Below, piece by piece: positions 10,012 through 20,333 of a DNA stretch of 64,000 bases. The notes beneath the pieces are model-generated. The model saw only the letters and a program-made list of their open reading frames with translations. It was not told the DNA's origin and searched no databases. Source of the stretch: an uncultured delta proteobacterium (lineage in GTDB: Bacteria > Desulfobacterota > Desulfuromonadia > Geobacterales > DSM-12255); contig CAWBBV010000011.1 in NCBI GenBank assembly GCA_963787125.1, forward strand, positions 128,001 through 192,000, read 5' to 3'. The first letter of the stretch is position 1. Each line of letters begins with the position of its first letter. The position numbers and the translations under genes were made by a program.

Positions 10012-11430
10012 ATGTCTGACAAATCATACGATCTTATAATAATCGGCGCCGGCCCTGGCGGCTACGTCGCCGCCATCCGGGGCGCACAGTTGGGGATGAG
10101 TGTTGCGGTGGTGGAGAAGCGGGACACCCTTGGCGGGGTCTGTCTGAATGAAGGCTGTATCCCGAGCAAGGCACTGCTTGATTCTTCAGAGCATTTTGCC
10201 ACGGCACGGGACAAATTCGCGGGTCACGGCATCCTTATTGATCCTCCCCGGCTCGATCTGGCAAAGATGCTGGCTCGCAAAGATGAGGTGGTTAGGAAAA
10301 ACACCGACGGCATTGCCTGGCTGTTCAAAAAGAACGGCATCACCCTGATTCAGGGGAGCGCCAGTATCGGCAGAAAAGATGGTGATTTGCATGTCGTCGA
10401 TGTCATTATGCCCGGCCACGGCAAAGCTGAGTCTATCAAGGGGAGCAGGATTCTGCTGGCCACCGGCAGCAGCGCCATTGAGCTGCCCGGACTGCCGTTT
10501 GATGGGGATAAAATCGTCTCAGCTCGCGAAGCTCTCGCTTTCGGTGCAGTGCCGCAGCATCTCCTGGTGATCGGCGCCGGTTATATCGGCCTGGAGCTCG
10601 GCTCTGTCTGGCTGCGGCTGGGAGCGAAAGTCACTGTCGTCGAGATGCTGGACAAACCGCTTCCGACAATGGATGAACAGGCAGCTGACACCCTGGTCAG
10701 GTCCTTGAAAAAGCAGGGGATGAGATTCATGTTCGGCACAAAGGTAAACTCAGCGATCAGTGAAGGGGATACGCTGAGAGTCGCCCTCTCCGGGCCTTCC
10801 GGCGAGCAGGAACTGTTCTGCGACAAGTTGCTTGTCGCTGTCGGTCGCAAACCGCTATTGGCAGGGTTGGGACTGTCAGAGGCAGGCATTGTGCTGGAGG
10901 ATTCGGGAAGGATCAGCGTTGATGAGAATTATCAGACCAACGTCACGGGAATCTATGCCATCGGTGATCTGATTCACGGCCCGATGCTTGCCCACAAGGC
11001 ATCAGAAGAAGGAGTAGTCCTGGCAGAGCGATTGCACGGGGAAGGCTCAACGGTAGAGTATGAATATCTCCCCGGTATCTGCTATACTTGGCCTGAAGCA
11101 GCAGCAGTCGGCAAAACCGAAGAGCAGCTCAAGAGTGCCGGCTTTGAGTATGCGGTGGGTAAATTCAATTTTCTGGCAAACGGTCGTGCCCGCTGTATGG
11201 ACGAAACTGACGGTTTTGTGAAAATCCTGGCAGAAAAGGTCAGCGGCAGGCTGCTCGGAGTCCATATCGTCGGCCCGAGAGCCTCTGACCTGATTGCCGA
11301 GGCGGTCATTGCCATGACCTTAGGCGCGACTGCCGCAGATATTGCCATGACTTTCCATGCCCACCCGACCCTTGCAGAAGCTTTGAAGGAGGCGGCCCTG
11401 GCCGTTAACGGCCAGGCTATCCATGCCTGA
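10012..11430 (+). CDS. lpdA: Dihydrolipoyl dehydrogenase
   Basis: GGVCLNEGCIPSK, GAGYIGLE, HAHPTLAE. Confidence 0.97.
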   Translation: MSDKSYDLIIIGAGPGGYVAAIRGAQLGMSVAVVEKRDTLGGVCLNEGCIPSKALLDSSEHFATARDKFAGHGILIDPPRLDLAKMLARKDEVVRKNTDGIAWLFKKNGITLIQGSASIGRKDGDLHVVDVIMPGHGKAESIKGSRILLATGSSAIELPGLPFDGDKIVSAREALAFGAVPQHLLVIGAGYIGLELGSVWLRLGAKVTVVEMLDKPLPTMDEQAADTLVRSLKKQGMRFMFGTKVNSAISEGDTLRVALSGPSGEQELFCDKLLVAVGRKPLLAGLGLSEAGIVLEDSGRISVDENYQTNVTGIYAIGDLIHGPMLAHKASEEGVVLAERLHGEGSTVEYEYLPGICYTWPEAAAVGKTEEQLKSAGFEYAVGKFNFLANGRARCMDETDGFVKILAEKVSGRLLGVHIVGPRASDLIAEAVIAMTLGATAADIAMTFHAHPTLAEALKEAALAVNGQAIHA

Positions 11431-11445
11431 ACAGGAGCACAACAG

Positions 11446-12348
11446 ATGCTGACCAATGAACTTTTGAGATCCATAGTAGATAACCTCCATGAGGGGGTTT
11501 ACTTTGTCGACATGGATCGGCGTATTACTTACTGGAACAAGGGTGCCGAGCTGATCACCGGTTACTCAGCGGCAGAAGTAGTGGGAAACCACTGCGCTGA
11601 TAATCTGCTGGTGCATCTGGATGATTGCGGAAAGTGCCTCTGCACAGACGAATGCCCCCTGGTGGACGTTATCAAGCAGAAATGCAGTCACAGGGACGAC
11701 CATATTTACCTGCATCACAAGGCTGGTCACCGGGTGCCGGTAACGGTGAGCATTTCCCTCATCCGTAATGAGCATGGAGAGCCCATCGGGGCAGCCGAGG
11801 TCTTTCACCAGACAAAAGCATCCGATCAGGATGCCAAGCTGATCGAGTCGTTGAAAAAAGAGACTCTTATCGACATGCTGACAGAACTTCCCAACCGCCG
11901 CCACCTGCAGATGAATCTTACCGGCAGCCTGGCGGAATACGAACGTCATGGCAACGGTTTTGGCCTGGTGTTTGCGGATGTGGACCACTTTAAACAGTTT
12001 AATGACACTTACGGCCACGACATCGGCGACAAGGTGCTGCTGCTGGTTGGCAAGACCATGGCGAACTGCGTTCGAGCCTACGATATTGTCGGTCGTTGGG
12101 GGGGAGAAGAGTTTCTGGCAATCATCCGTTTTGCCGATGAAGAACAGTTCATTCAGGTCGCAGAAAAGCTCCGCTACATGGTGGAGAAGTCTTTTCTCAT
12201 GCATGGCAATGAGCAGCTCAATGTCACTATAACTCTCGGAGCAACCCATGTCCGCTCCGGAGATACGCTTGAATCGCTGGTAAATCGCGCCGACCGGCTC
12301 ATGTACGAAGGCAAGCGCGCCGGCAGAAACAGAGTACATTTCTACTAA
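11446..12348 (+). CDS. PAS-GGDEF diguanylate cyclase
   Basis: Cys-rich PAS; DVDHFKQFNDTYGH; RAYD I-site; RWGGEEF. Confidence 0.93.
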   Translation: MLTNELLRSIVDNLHEGVYFVDMDRRITYWNKGAELITGYSAAEVVGNHCADNLLVHLDDCGKCLCTDECPLVDVIKQKCSHRDDHIYLHHKAGHRVPVTVSISLIRNEHGEPIGAAEVFHQTKASDQDAKLIESLKKETLIDMLTELPNRRHLQMNLTGSLAEYERHGNGFGLVFADVDHFKQFNDTYGHDIGDKVLLLVGKTMANCVRAYDIVGRWGGEEFLAIIRFADEEQFIQVAEKLRYMVEKSFLMHGNEQLNVTITLGATHVRSGDTLESLVNRADRLMYEGKRAGRNRVHFY

Positions 12349-12395
12349 AAAGAGGCCGAGCTGCCGCCGCTTAGAGCCTCCGGGGAGCACTGAAA

Positions 12396-14363
12396 ATGGC
12401 TGAAAACCTCGCAACAAAAATCCTGGCAGCGCATCTCGTTGAAGGTGAACTGGTCCCCGGAACTGAAATAGCGCTCAAAATAGATCATACACTGCTGCAG
12501 GATGCTACCGGCACCATGGCAATGCTTGAATTCATAGCCATGGGGGTTGAGCGTGTCAAGGTCGAACTGGCGGCCCAGTACATCGATCATAACCTGCTCC
12601 AGACTGACAACCGCAATGCTGACGACCATATTTTCCTGATGACTGCTGCAGAGCGCTACGGCATTCATCTTTCCAAACCCGGCAATGGCGTGTCACACCA
12701 GGTACATCTGGAGCGTTTCGGTCTCCCCGGCAAGGTGATGATCGGCGCAGATTCCCACACGCCTTCTGCCGCCGGTGTCAGCATGATCGCCATTGGCGCC
12801 GGTGGACTCGATGTCGCCCTGGCAATGGCCGGCCACCCCTTCCATCTCCCTTGCCCAAAAATCTGGGGCATCAAGCTGACCGGCACTCTGCCTGCCTGGG
12901 TCTCGGCTAAAGACGTCATTCTGGAAATGCTGCGCCGCCACAGCGTCAAAGGTGGTGTCGGCAAGATCATCGAATATTACGGCGCCGGAGTAAAGAGCCT
13001 TTCCGCTACGGATCGGGCGGTTATCGGCAATATGGGGGCAGAGCTGGGGGCGACCACGAGCATCTTCCCCTCAGACGAGCGGACGCTGGAGTTTCTTCAA
13101 GCACAGGGGCGCGCAGACGGCTGGATACCACTGCAAGCTGACGAGGACGCAACCTATGACGAATATGACGAAATCGACCTGACAACCCTGGAGCCGCTCA
13201 TTGCCCAGCCGACCTCTCCGGACAACATTGTTCCGGTCAGGGAGCTGGCCGGGCTGAAAGTCGATCAGGTACTGGTAGGCAGCTCGGCTAACTCGGGCTA
13301 CCGGGATCTGATGAGCGCCTGCCTGATACTTGAAGGGCGCAAAATAGCGCCGCACCTCTCCTTTAACGTCAATCCGGGCAGTCGCCAGGTGATCGAAAAT
13401 GTTGCCGCCCAGGGTGGTTTTTTGATGCTCCTCCAGGCTGGAGCGCAGGTTCACCAGCCCGGCTGCCTCGGCTGTATCGGCATGGGTCAGGCGCCCGGAA
13501 CCGGCCAGGTCTCGCTGCGGACATTTCCGCGCAACTTCCCCGGACGGAGCGGCACCAAAGGAGATCAGGTCTACCTCTGCTCCCCCGAAACTGCTGCTGC
13601 TGCCGGCATCTTCGGTCAGGTGACCGACCCGCGGGAGTTGGGCAAGCTGATGCCCTATCCTGACGTGCAAAACCCGGTCAACTATCTGCTTGACGATTCC
13701 AGCATCATCTTCCCTCTCCCGGCAGCCGAGGCGACAAAAGTCAAGATCATCACCGGACCTAACATCGTGCCGTTCCCCGATTTTTATGAACTGCCGGAGA
13801 GCCTCTCGCTGGAGATTATCCTTAAAACCGGCGACAATATCTCCACTGACGCAATCATGCCTGCAGGGAGCAGAGTGCTGCCGTACCGGAGCAATATCCC
13901 GGCACTCTCCCAATTTGTCTTTGAGCAGCTCGATCCTGGTTTTGCCGAACGGACAAAGGCCAAAGGGGGGGGGGCTGTCATCGGTGGTGAGAACTACGGC
14001 CAGGGCTCAAGTCGTGAACATGCCGCGCTGGCACCACGCTATCTAGGCATCCGCCTGAAACTTGCCAAAAGCTTCGCCCGTATCCACAAAGCAAACCTGG
14101 TCAATTTCGGCATCGTCCCTCTCACCTTCAAGGATCCCGCTGACTACGATCTGCTGCAACAGGGTGATACGCTGCAGATCCCCCATCTTCGAACTCTGAT
14201 AGTCAGGGGTGCCGCAATAATCCCTGTTGAAATCGGTGAACGCACCTTTCTGGCAATTCTTGACATTTCCGACCGCCAGCGCAGAGAGCTTCTTGCAGGC
14301 GGCACGCTCAATTATGTCAGAACCGCCGGGAAATGGGAAAGTGACCCCCACGGCTGTCTTTGA
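12396..14363 (+). CDS. Aconitate hydratase (short type)
   Basis: QDATGTMA, DHN, GADSHT, CLGCIG, NYGQGSSREHA. Confidence 0.92.
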   Translation: MAENLATKILAAHLVEGELVPGTEIALKIDHTLLQDATGTMAMLEFIAMGVERVKVELAAQYIDHNLLQTDNRNADDHIFLMTAAERYGIHLSKPGNGVSHQVHLERFGLPGKVMIGADSHTPSAAGVSMIAIGAGGLDVALAMAGHPFHLPCPKIWGIKLTGTLPAWVSAKDVILEMLRRHSVKGGVGKIIEYYGAGVKSLSATDRAVIGNMGAELGATTSIFPSDERTLEFLQAQGRADGWIPLQADEDATYDEYDEIDLTTLEPLIAQPTSPDNIVPVRELAGLKVDQVLVGSSANSGYRDLMSACLILEGRKIAPHLSFNVNPGSRQVIENVAAQGGFLMLLQAGAQVHQPGCLGCIGMGQAPGTGQVSLRTFPRNFPGRSGTKGDQVYLCSPETAAAAGIFGQVTDPRELGKLMPYPDVQNPVNYLLDDSSIIFPLPAAEATKVKIITGPNIVPFPDFYELPESLSLEIILKTGDNISTDAIMPAGSRVLPYRSNIPALSQFVFEQLDPGFAERTKAKGGGAVIGGENYGQGSSREHAALAPRYLGIRLKLAKSFARIHKANLVNFGIVPLTFKDPADYDLLQQGDTLQIPHLRTLIVRGAAIIPVEIGERTFLAILDISDRQRRELLAGGTLNYVRTAGKWESDPHGCL

Positions 14364-14402
14364 AACTTGCCTGTAACTCCTTGATGCTATATAGATAATT
14401 CA

Positions 14403-15497
14403 ATGAAAGATTTATTACCAAGATTCAAGATTTCTTCCCTTTTTAGTGGCAAGCGAAAATGGCTGCTCATAGCCGTTCTGCTTGTGGCAGCGACGCTGTC
14501 GGCACCGCCTGTCTTATCTCTTTATTCCCCCCATGGCGAAGGGCAGAATGTCAGAATTGTTGATGTTGCCAAGGGGAGCTCCCTGAAGAAACTTGCTGAC
14601 GATCTGGAAAAAGAGAGGGTCATCGGCAGCGCGACTCTTTTTACTCTCTACGCCAGACTCAGCGGCGCTTCAGGCAGAGTTATGGCCGGCACCTACCAGT
14701 TAAGTGATGCCATGACCACCCCGGAAATTCTCCGCAAACTTATAACTGGCGACGTCTATGAAAAGCGCTTTGCCGTTCCGGAAGGTTACTCGATCTTTCA
14801 GTTGGCCGAAATGCTTGATAATCGGGGCTTTTTCAAAAAGGAGCTTTTTCTCAAGGAGTGCAGCAATCCGGCTCTACTGCAGGAACTTGGCATCACTGGG
14901 ACGACTGTTGAAGGCTATCTTTATCCCAGCACCTATAATCTGGTTAAGATCGCTGCTCCTGAGACGCTCATAAAGCAGATGGTCGGGCAGTTCCGCAAGA
15001 TTTATGGCGAGCGCTTTGCACTCCGGGAGAAAAATTCGCATTTGAGCAGAAACCAGATAATCACCCTGGCCTCACTTGTGGAAAAAGAGGCTGTTGTCCC
15101 CCAGGAAAAACCGCTGATAGCGTCGGTATTTCTTAACCGGCTGAAAAAGCAGATGCCGCTTCAGAGCGATCCGACTGCAGTTTACGGTACCCGTGCCTTT
15201 GGCGGTAAGGTTTCCGGCAGTGATGTCAGACGCAACTCAGCTTACAACACTTACTTGATCAGCGGCCTGCCGCCCGGCCCCATAGGCAATCCCGGCGCCG
15301 GTGCAATCGAGGCGGTATTGACCCCGGCAACGACCGGTTACTATTATTTTGTGGCAAAAAATGACGGCACCCATCACTTTTCCGCCAACCTTGATGAGCA
15401 TAACCGTGCGGTGCATCACTATCTGAAAAATGGCGCAGCCCATACAGGGACACCCGAGTATAAAAATGACCGTCCGAATATTACTGGCAGAAGATAA
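14403..15497 (+). CDS. mltG: Endolytic transglycosylase
   Basis: PEG, EGYLYP, ASLVEKE, LQSDPT, YNTY, GLPPGPI. Confidence 0.95.
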   Translation: MKDLLPRFKISSLFSGKRKWLLIAVLLVAATLSAPPVLSLYSPHGEGQNVRIVDVAKGSSLKKLADDLEKERVIGSATLFTLYARLSGASGRVMAGTYQLSDAMTTPEILRKLITGDVYEKRFAVPEGYSIFQLAEMLDNRGFFKKELFLKECSNPALLQELGITGTTVEGYLYPSTYNLVKIAAPETLIKQMVGQFRKIYGERFALREKNSHLSRNQIITLASLVEKEAVVPQEKPLIASVFLNRLKKQMPLQSDPTAVYGTRAFGGKVSGSDVRRNSAYNTYLISGLPPGPIGNPGAGAIEAVLTPATTGYYYFVAKNDGTHHFSANLDEHNRAVHHYLKNGAAHTGTPEYKNDRPNITGRR

Positions 15498-17409
15498 CGA
15501 AAATCTGGCAAATATCCTTGCTCGATTAATGGAGTCCAAAGGGCACAGCGTCACAACTGCCAAAAGTGGTGCGCAAGCAGCCAGGCTTCTTGCCGCCGAG
15601 CCGTTTGACATTTTGCTCCTCGATCTGGGTCTGCCCGAGATAAACGGCGTAGAACTGCTGCAGAAGATCCGCAAATCCTCCAGATTCGCCACGCTCCCTG
15701 TCATCATCATCACCGGACTCTACAAGGGTGAAAAGTACTCTCAGGCAGCAGTGAAACTCGGCATAAATCATTATCTTGAAAAACCTTTCAGTAAAGAAAC
15801 GCTTGAATCTGCCCTCAACGACACAATCGCAACTATCAAGCCATCCGGAAAAATAACAACCCTGCTGGAGCAGCTGCTTTCAATCTACAACAACAGACTG
15901 AGCGGCCTGTTGACAATTGGCGAATCGTCCCCGGTCGCCTTTGTAAAGGGTGAACCATCGTCATTTCTGGCAAGAGGGCGGACAGACTTTGCTGATTTTC
16001 TCCTGGCAAAAGGGAAGATCAACCGCGAAGACCGGCAAACTTTTCTGGAAGGAAATGGAGAGCGGATCTTCTTTACCGAAGCGGGAATCCTGACCTTCGA
16101 CGAACTCCAGAGCGAATCCCAGCTCTTTTTAACGAAGTTGCTGCTGGATCATCTGCTTAAAGCTGAAGGGGTTGCGTTTGCCCAGGGAGCCGGAGTGGAC
16201 GAACCACCTCTGCTGCACCTGTCTGTGCCCAAGCTGCTTTACGATGCAGTCAAGCTCTTTCCCGAACAGTTTCAGGCGCAAAAGTTCCTCACGCAAAAAG
16301 CGGACCTGATTCCCGCCAGGACAGCCCTTTTTTACCGCCGCGCCAACCTGATAACCATGCGTGAGACCGACATCACTCTCCTTGAAAAGATTAATGGGCA
16401 GAGAACCGTTACCGAGCTGTTAGGCGCCGCTGACATGGCCCATGACGCCGCCATTTTCATGCATTTCCTCCACCTGATGGGGATGATATCCCTGAGGGAA
16501 ACAGCCGGAGACGAAGCTTCACCGGACTTCCCCCTCAAGGCTCTTTTCAACCGGCCCATCGATGAAGACAGCCACACAGAAGAGCTTTTAATAGATTTCG
16601 ATGACATTGTTGATGCGGTCGCTGATAATGTCGTCATGGCAATGGGGAGCAATGACATGGCCGCCCCGCTCTCTGAAAAAGAGATCGGTTTTGAACAGGC
16701 TGTCCTGAGGGAGTACTCCCAGATCAAGGACAAGGATTATTATGCAATTTTCGGAATGACCCCGGCAAAATTCAGCTTCATTACTTTAAAAGAGGCTTAT
16801 TTTGCCAAGGCCAAAGCCTATTCACCCGAACGCTTCATGGAGCTCTCAGGCCCGACTTCAGCCACGGCGCAGGAGATCCTCTCCATCTATGCAGATGCCT
16901 ACAACACCCTCTCAAACATAGTTGCCAAGGAGCGTTATGACGAAATGCTCCATGACAACCAGACTCTCGGCATTGACGGCAAAAAGGACGGCCAGCTGCA
17001 TGCAAGAATTCAGTTTCAGTCCGGCAAGGTCTTCCTCGAAATGGGCGAGTATGAAAATGCCGAAAAGGCCCTGCAGGAGGCCTACACCCTTGCCCCTGAC
17101 AGCAGCGGCCATGCAGCATTTCTGGCCTGGGCTATCTACAACAACAAAGCTAACAGCCGCTCTAAAGCCGCGCTGGAAAAGGCCCGGTCGCTCCTGACAA
17201 AAGCACTGCAGATTGAAAAAAGCGCCGAAGCCTTTGCCTTCAGGGGCTGGATGCTTTTTGACGAAGGGCGCGACGGTTTGGCGGAAAGCGAATTTCTCAA
17301 GGCTTTGCGGCTAAACCCGAAGGAGCCGACTGCGCTGAAAGGGATGAAGCTGGTAAATGAGAAGCGTGACGGTGAGAAGAAAGGTGTTTTGCGAAGATTT
17401 TTCAGCTAA
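15466..17409 (+). CDS. Response regulator with J-like domain and TPR repeats
   Basis: N-terminal REC; DYYAIFG...YSPERF J-like segment; C-terminal TPRs. Confidence 0.85.
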   Translation: MTVRILLAEDNENLANILARLMESKGHSVTTAKSGAQAARLLAAEPFDILLLDLGLPEINGVELLQKIRKSSRFATLPVIIITGLYKGEKYSQAAVKLGINHYLEKPFSKETLESALNDTIATIKPSGKITTLLEQLLSIYNNRLSGLLTIGESSPVAFVKGEPSSFLARGRTDFADFLLAKGKINREDRQTFLEGNGERIFFTEAGILTFDELQSESQLFLTKLLLDHLLKAEGVAFAQGAGVDEPPLLHLSVPKLLYDAVKLFPEQFQAQKFLTQKADLIPARTALFYRRANLITMRETDITLLEKINGQRTVTELLGAADMAHDAAIFMHFLHLMGMISLRETAGDEASPDFPLKALFNRPIDEDSHTEELLIDFDDIVDAVADNVVMAMGSNDMAAPLSEKEIGFEQAVLREYSQIKDKDYYAIFGMTPAKFSFITLKEAYFAKAKAYSPERFMELSGPTSATAQEILSIYADAYNTLSNIVAKERYDEMLHDNQTLGIDGKKDGQLHARIQFQSGKVFLEMGEYENAEKALQEAYTLAPDSSGHAAFLAWAIYNNKANSRSKAALEKARSLLTKALQIEKSAEAFAFRGWMLFDEGRDGLAESEFLKALRLNPKEPTALKGMKLVNEKRDGEKKGVLRRFFS

Positions 17410-17428
17410 CCAAGCAAAAGGGGGAATT

Positions 17429-18181
17429 ATGTCAAACGTACTTGTAATAACTATAGTTACTGCATCCCTGACTCTATTCGCGGGGCTCTCGCTGGCCGAA
17501 ACCATGCCGGTGCCGACTGCCGGTCGTGGCCCGGCAGTCATGAAAAAATCGAAAGGCGAACTGGCTGATCCGGACAACAGACTTAAGCTGATGAAGGAGA
17601 GTCTTGCCCTTTCAGACGAGCAGGTAACAAAGATCAGACCACTGATTGTTGCCGAACAGGCCGAACTGGAGAAACTGCGCGGTGACAGCACTCTTAACAG
17701 AGATCAGCGCCGGGCAAAACTGCAGGAACTCAACAAGAGCACTTCAGAAAAAGTCAGAGAGCTGCTCACTCCTGAGCAGCAGAAAAAACAGGATGCCATC
17801 AAAGCCAAAATTACTGAGAACCGCGCCAAGGCTCGCAGCTCTAGGCCGGCCGGAGGGGTGCCGGCAGAATTCACCCCGGAAAAGAGAATTGTCAGACTGA
17901 CTGAGCACCTGGCGCTGACAAAAGAGCAGCAACAGCAGATCATGCCGCTCCTTCAGGATGAGTACACGCAGCTGAAAACTCTCCCTGCCAATGATAGCTA
18001 CAATCGCGACCAGCGCAGGGCAAAGCTCCAGCAGATCACCCAGGAGACCAACGCCAGGCTGATGCCGCTACTGACCCCCGAACAACAGAAAAAATATAAA
18101 GAGACCAGAGAAAAAATCATAGACCGCCGTTCACAGAAGAAAAGAGGCGGCGAAAAAGGGCAGGAAAGAGAAAAACAGTAA
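17429..18181 (+). CDS. Exported protein with two Spy/CpxP-like (LTxxQ) repeats
   Basis: Signal peptide; two repeats containing LSDEQ/LTKEQ...NRDQRRAKLQ...LLTPEQQKK. Confidence 0.75.
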   Translation: MSNVLVITIVTASLTLFAGLSLAETMPVPTAGRGPAVMKKSKGELADPDNRLKLMKESLALSDEQVTKIRPLIVAEQAELEKLRGDSTLNRDQRRAKLQELNKSTSEKVRELLTPEQQKKQDAIKAKITENRAKARSSRPAGGVPAEFTPEKRIVRLTEHLALTKEQQQQIMPLLQDEYTQLKTLPANDSYNRDQRRAKLQQITQETNARLMPLLTPEQQKKYKETREKIIDRRSQKKRGGEKGQEREKQ

Positions 18182-18195
18182 ACTGACCGGTTATT

Positions 18196-18303
18196 CCAAT
18201 GCCAGACCAAGAGTGATATCAAGGCGGCGAGGATTGCGGACAGACAGTACCTTTTAGGAGCCGAAGACGAGCCAACGAAGGTAGCGCCTTGATCTGGAAT
18301 TGG
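18196..18303. repeat. Degenerate palindromic intergenic repeat (REP/MITE-like)
   Basis: Terminal inverted repeat ccaatgccagaccaag / cttgatctggaattgg (14/16); internal atcaaggcg is also complementary to cgccttgat. Confidence 0.5.
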
Positions 18304-18368
18304 CATTACGAATTGACAGCAGCAGTTTCAAAGTGTAATAACTACAGTTCATTTTTCAGGAGGATTTC

Positions 18369-18659
18369 ATGATTGTCCATATAGTTCTATTCAAGCTGAC
18401 TGAACCAACCGCCGCCAATGCTACCGCTGTCAAAGAGATGCTGCTCAGCATGAGCGGCAAAGTCCCGATGCTGCGCCACCTTGAGGTCGGCACCGATGTC
18501 GTTCACTCCGAGCGCTCTTACGACGTTGCCCTCTACACCAAGTTCGACACCCTTGCCGAGCTTCAGGCTTATCAGGTTTATCCGTATCATGCCGAAACGG
18601 TTGTGCCGTTCATGAAAGCTAACTGTGCGGCTATTGTCGCTGCAGATTACGATATTTAG
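18369..18659 (+). CDS. Dabb (stress-responsive A/B barrel) protein
   Basis: MIVHIVLFKL...YQVYPYH...AADY. Confidence 0.88.
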   Translation: MIVHIVLFKLTEPTAANATAVKEMLLSMSGKVPMLRHLEVGTDVVHSERSYDVALYTKFDTLAELQAYQVYPYHAETVVPFMKANCAAIVAADYDI

Positions 18660-18679
18660 ACACATAGGGAGAGATTCAG

Positions 18680-19165
18680 ATGGCAGCAGAGATCTGCCCA
18701 TGCGGCAGCAAACTAACTTTTGATAAATGCTGTGAACCCCTGATTAAAGGGGCTTCCCAGGCGACTACCGCAGAGAGCCTCATGCGCTCGCGTTACACCG
18801 CCTACGTCAAAGCCGAAATAGACTACCTCTACGCAACCACGCACCCGGATCACTGCAAAGGCTATGACCATGAAGGGACGCGCAAATGGGCAGAAAGCTC
18901 GGAATGGCTGGGGCTTGAGATCGTCAGCAGTCGGGGGGGGGAAGATGATTCTCTCGGCGAAGTGGAGTTCATCGCCAGATTCAGCGATGAGGGGGCTGAG
19001 ACGGTCCATCACGAACTGGGAAAATTCAGAAAACTTGAAGGGAAATGGTATTTCACCGACGGGAAGATGGTGACATCCAAGCCGCTCATCAGCACCAAGA
19101 TCGGCAGGAATGACCCCTGCCCTTGTGGCAGCGGCAGCAAGTACAAAAAGTGCTGCGGTAAATAG
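18680..19165 (+). CDS. YchJ family / SEC-C motif protein
   Basis: [34 protein letters not shown]. Confidence 0.92.
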   Translation: MAAEICPCGSKLTFDKCCEPLIKGASQATTAESLMRSRYTAYVKAEIDYLYATTHPDHCKGYDHEGTRKWAESSEWLGLEIVSSRGGEDDSLGEVEFIARFSDEGAETVHHELGKFRKLEGKWYFTDGKMVTSKPLISTKIGRNDPCPCGSGSKYKKCCGK

Positions 19166-19186
19166 CTGAAAATCCCTTTTCTGAAG

Positions 19187-19219
19187 AAGAGCTCCGCACC
19201 AGCTGCGGAGCTCTTTTTT
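19187..19219 (+). terminator. Rho-independent terminator between convergent genes
   Basis: 12-bp stem aagagctccgca/tgcggagctctt followed by a T run. Confidence 0.8.
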
Positions 19220-20303
19220 ATTGAACCAGCTTCAAAAGCTGCTTCCACTTGAGCAGAAAGCCACGTTTAAGGCCGGCCTGATTAAATCTTGCCACTTCAT
19301 CGCCTGTGCTGATAACTTTGAGCACCTGAGCTGACGGCAACACGCCACCCTGCTTTTTCATCTCCCCGCCAACCAGATCGTTTCTGACCGGAAAAAGATT
19401 ACAACCTGCCGCTATCAGCTGCTGTGCCTGGGCAGAGCGGATGAATTCAATCCAGAGCATTGCCGCATTAGGGTGGGTGGCAACTTTGGTGATAAAAGTA
19501 GTCTGGGGGATTAACAGCGTGTAGTCAACCATGTAGATCCAACCGATATTTGCATCCGTCCCGACTACTTGCAGAACCACGGCCAGGGGCAGATTGTAAC
19601 CTGCCAAAACTTCGCCACTGCCGATCCGCTCAAGCAGCGTCCGGTAATCCGGATAAAGCTTCAGCCCGGCATCACCGAACTTGCGCACCAAACCCCAGAA
19701 GTTCTGCCCATAAGCCAGATCCTGAGTCAGCAGCAGAAAAGCCCGGCCGCTTTTTTCCGGGTCGACGGTGCCGAGCTTCTCTTGCCAGCGCTTATCGGCA
19801 AGAGCTTTAACCAGAGCGCTGCGTGTTTTTGGCAGCTCTTTTTCAGCCAGCAGTTTTTTGTTGTAGGCCATCACCACCGGCTCAAAACCGGTCACATAGG
19901 CCACGTCCCCCAGATTTGCCAGGGCGGCGATATTACTGCTTTCTGTCGGGTGATATTTGAGGGAAAAGCCGTCTCTTACCAGCGCCGCCTGCAGGGAGAT
20001 CTCTCCGCTCCAGAGGATATCGGCAGATACTTTTCGCGCCCCCAGATCGCGCTGATAATGATTAAAAACCTCCGCACTATCCATATCGATATAATCGACC
20101 TTTACCCCCGGATACAGCGAATTGAACTCTTTTACCAGCGCCGCAGCGACCTTTGGGGCAATCGCCCCGTAAATATAAAGATTCCCCTCTTTGACGGCAG
20201 CAGCAGTAATTTCAGCAGTCACTGCAGCAGCAAAAACCGTGGAAGTCGGCAGGAACAGGATTACCAGCAATGCCAGCGGCAGAAAAGTTTTACGCAGAAA
20301 CAT
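19218..20303 (-). CDS. ABC-type substrate-binding protein (Fe3+/organic acid class)
   Basis: Signal peptide; EGNLYIYG, ADILWS, YNKKLL, DPEKSG, HPNAA. Confidence 0.8.
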   Translation of the reverse strand: MFLRKTFLPLALLVILFLPTSTVFAAAVTAEITAAAVKEGNLYIYGAIAPKVAAALVKEFNSLYPGVKVDYIDMDSAEVFNHYQRDLGARKVSADILWSGEISLQAALVRDGFSLKYHPTESSNIAALANLGDVAYVTGFEPVVMAYNKKLLAEKELPKTRSALVKALADKRWQEKLGTVDPEKSGRAFLLLTQDLAYGQNFWGLVRKFGDAGLKLYPDYRTLLERIGSGEVLAGYNLPLAVVLQVVGTDANIGWIYMVDYTLLIPQTTFITKVATHPNAAMLWIEFIRSAQAQQLIAAGCNLFPVRNDLVGGEMKKQGGVLPSAQVLKVISTGDEVARFNQAGLKRGFLLKWKQLLKLVQ

Positions 20304-20333
20304 CAGCTCACCTCTAATAATTTATTTCCGGGT

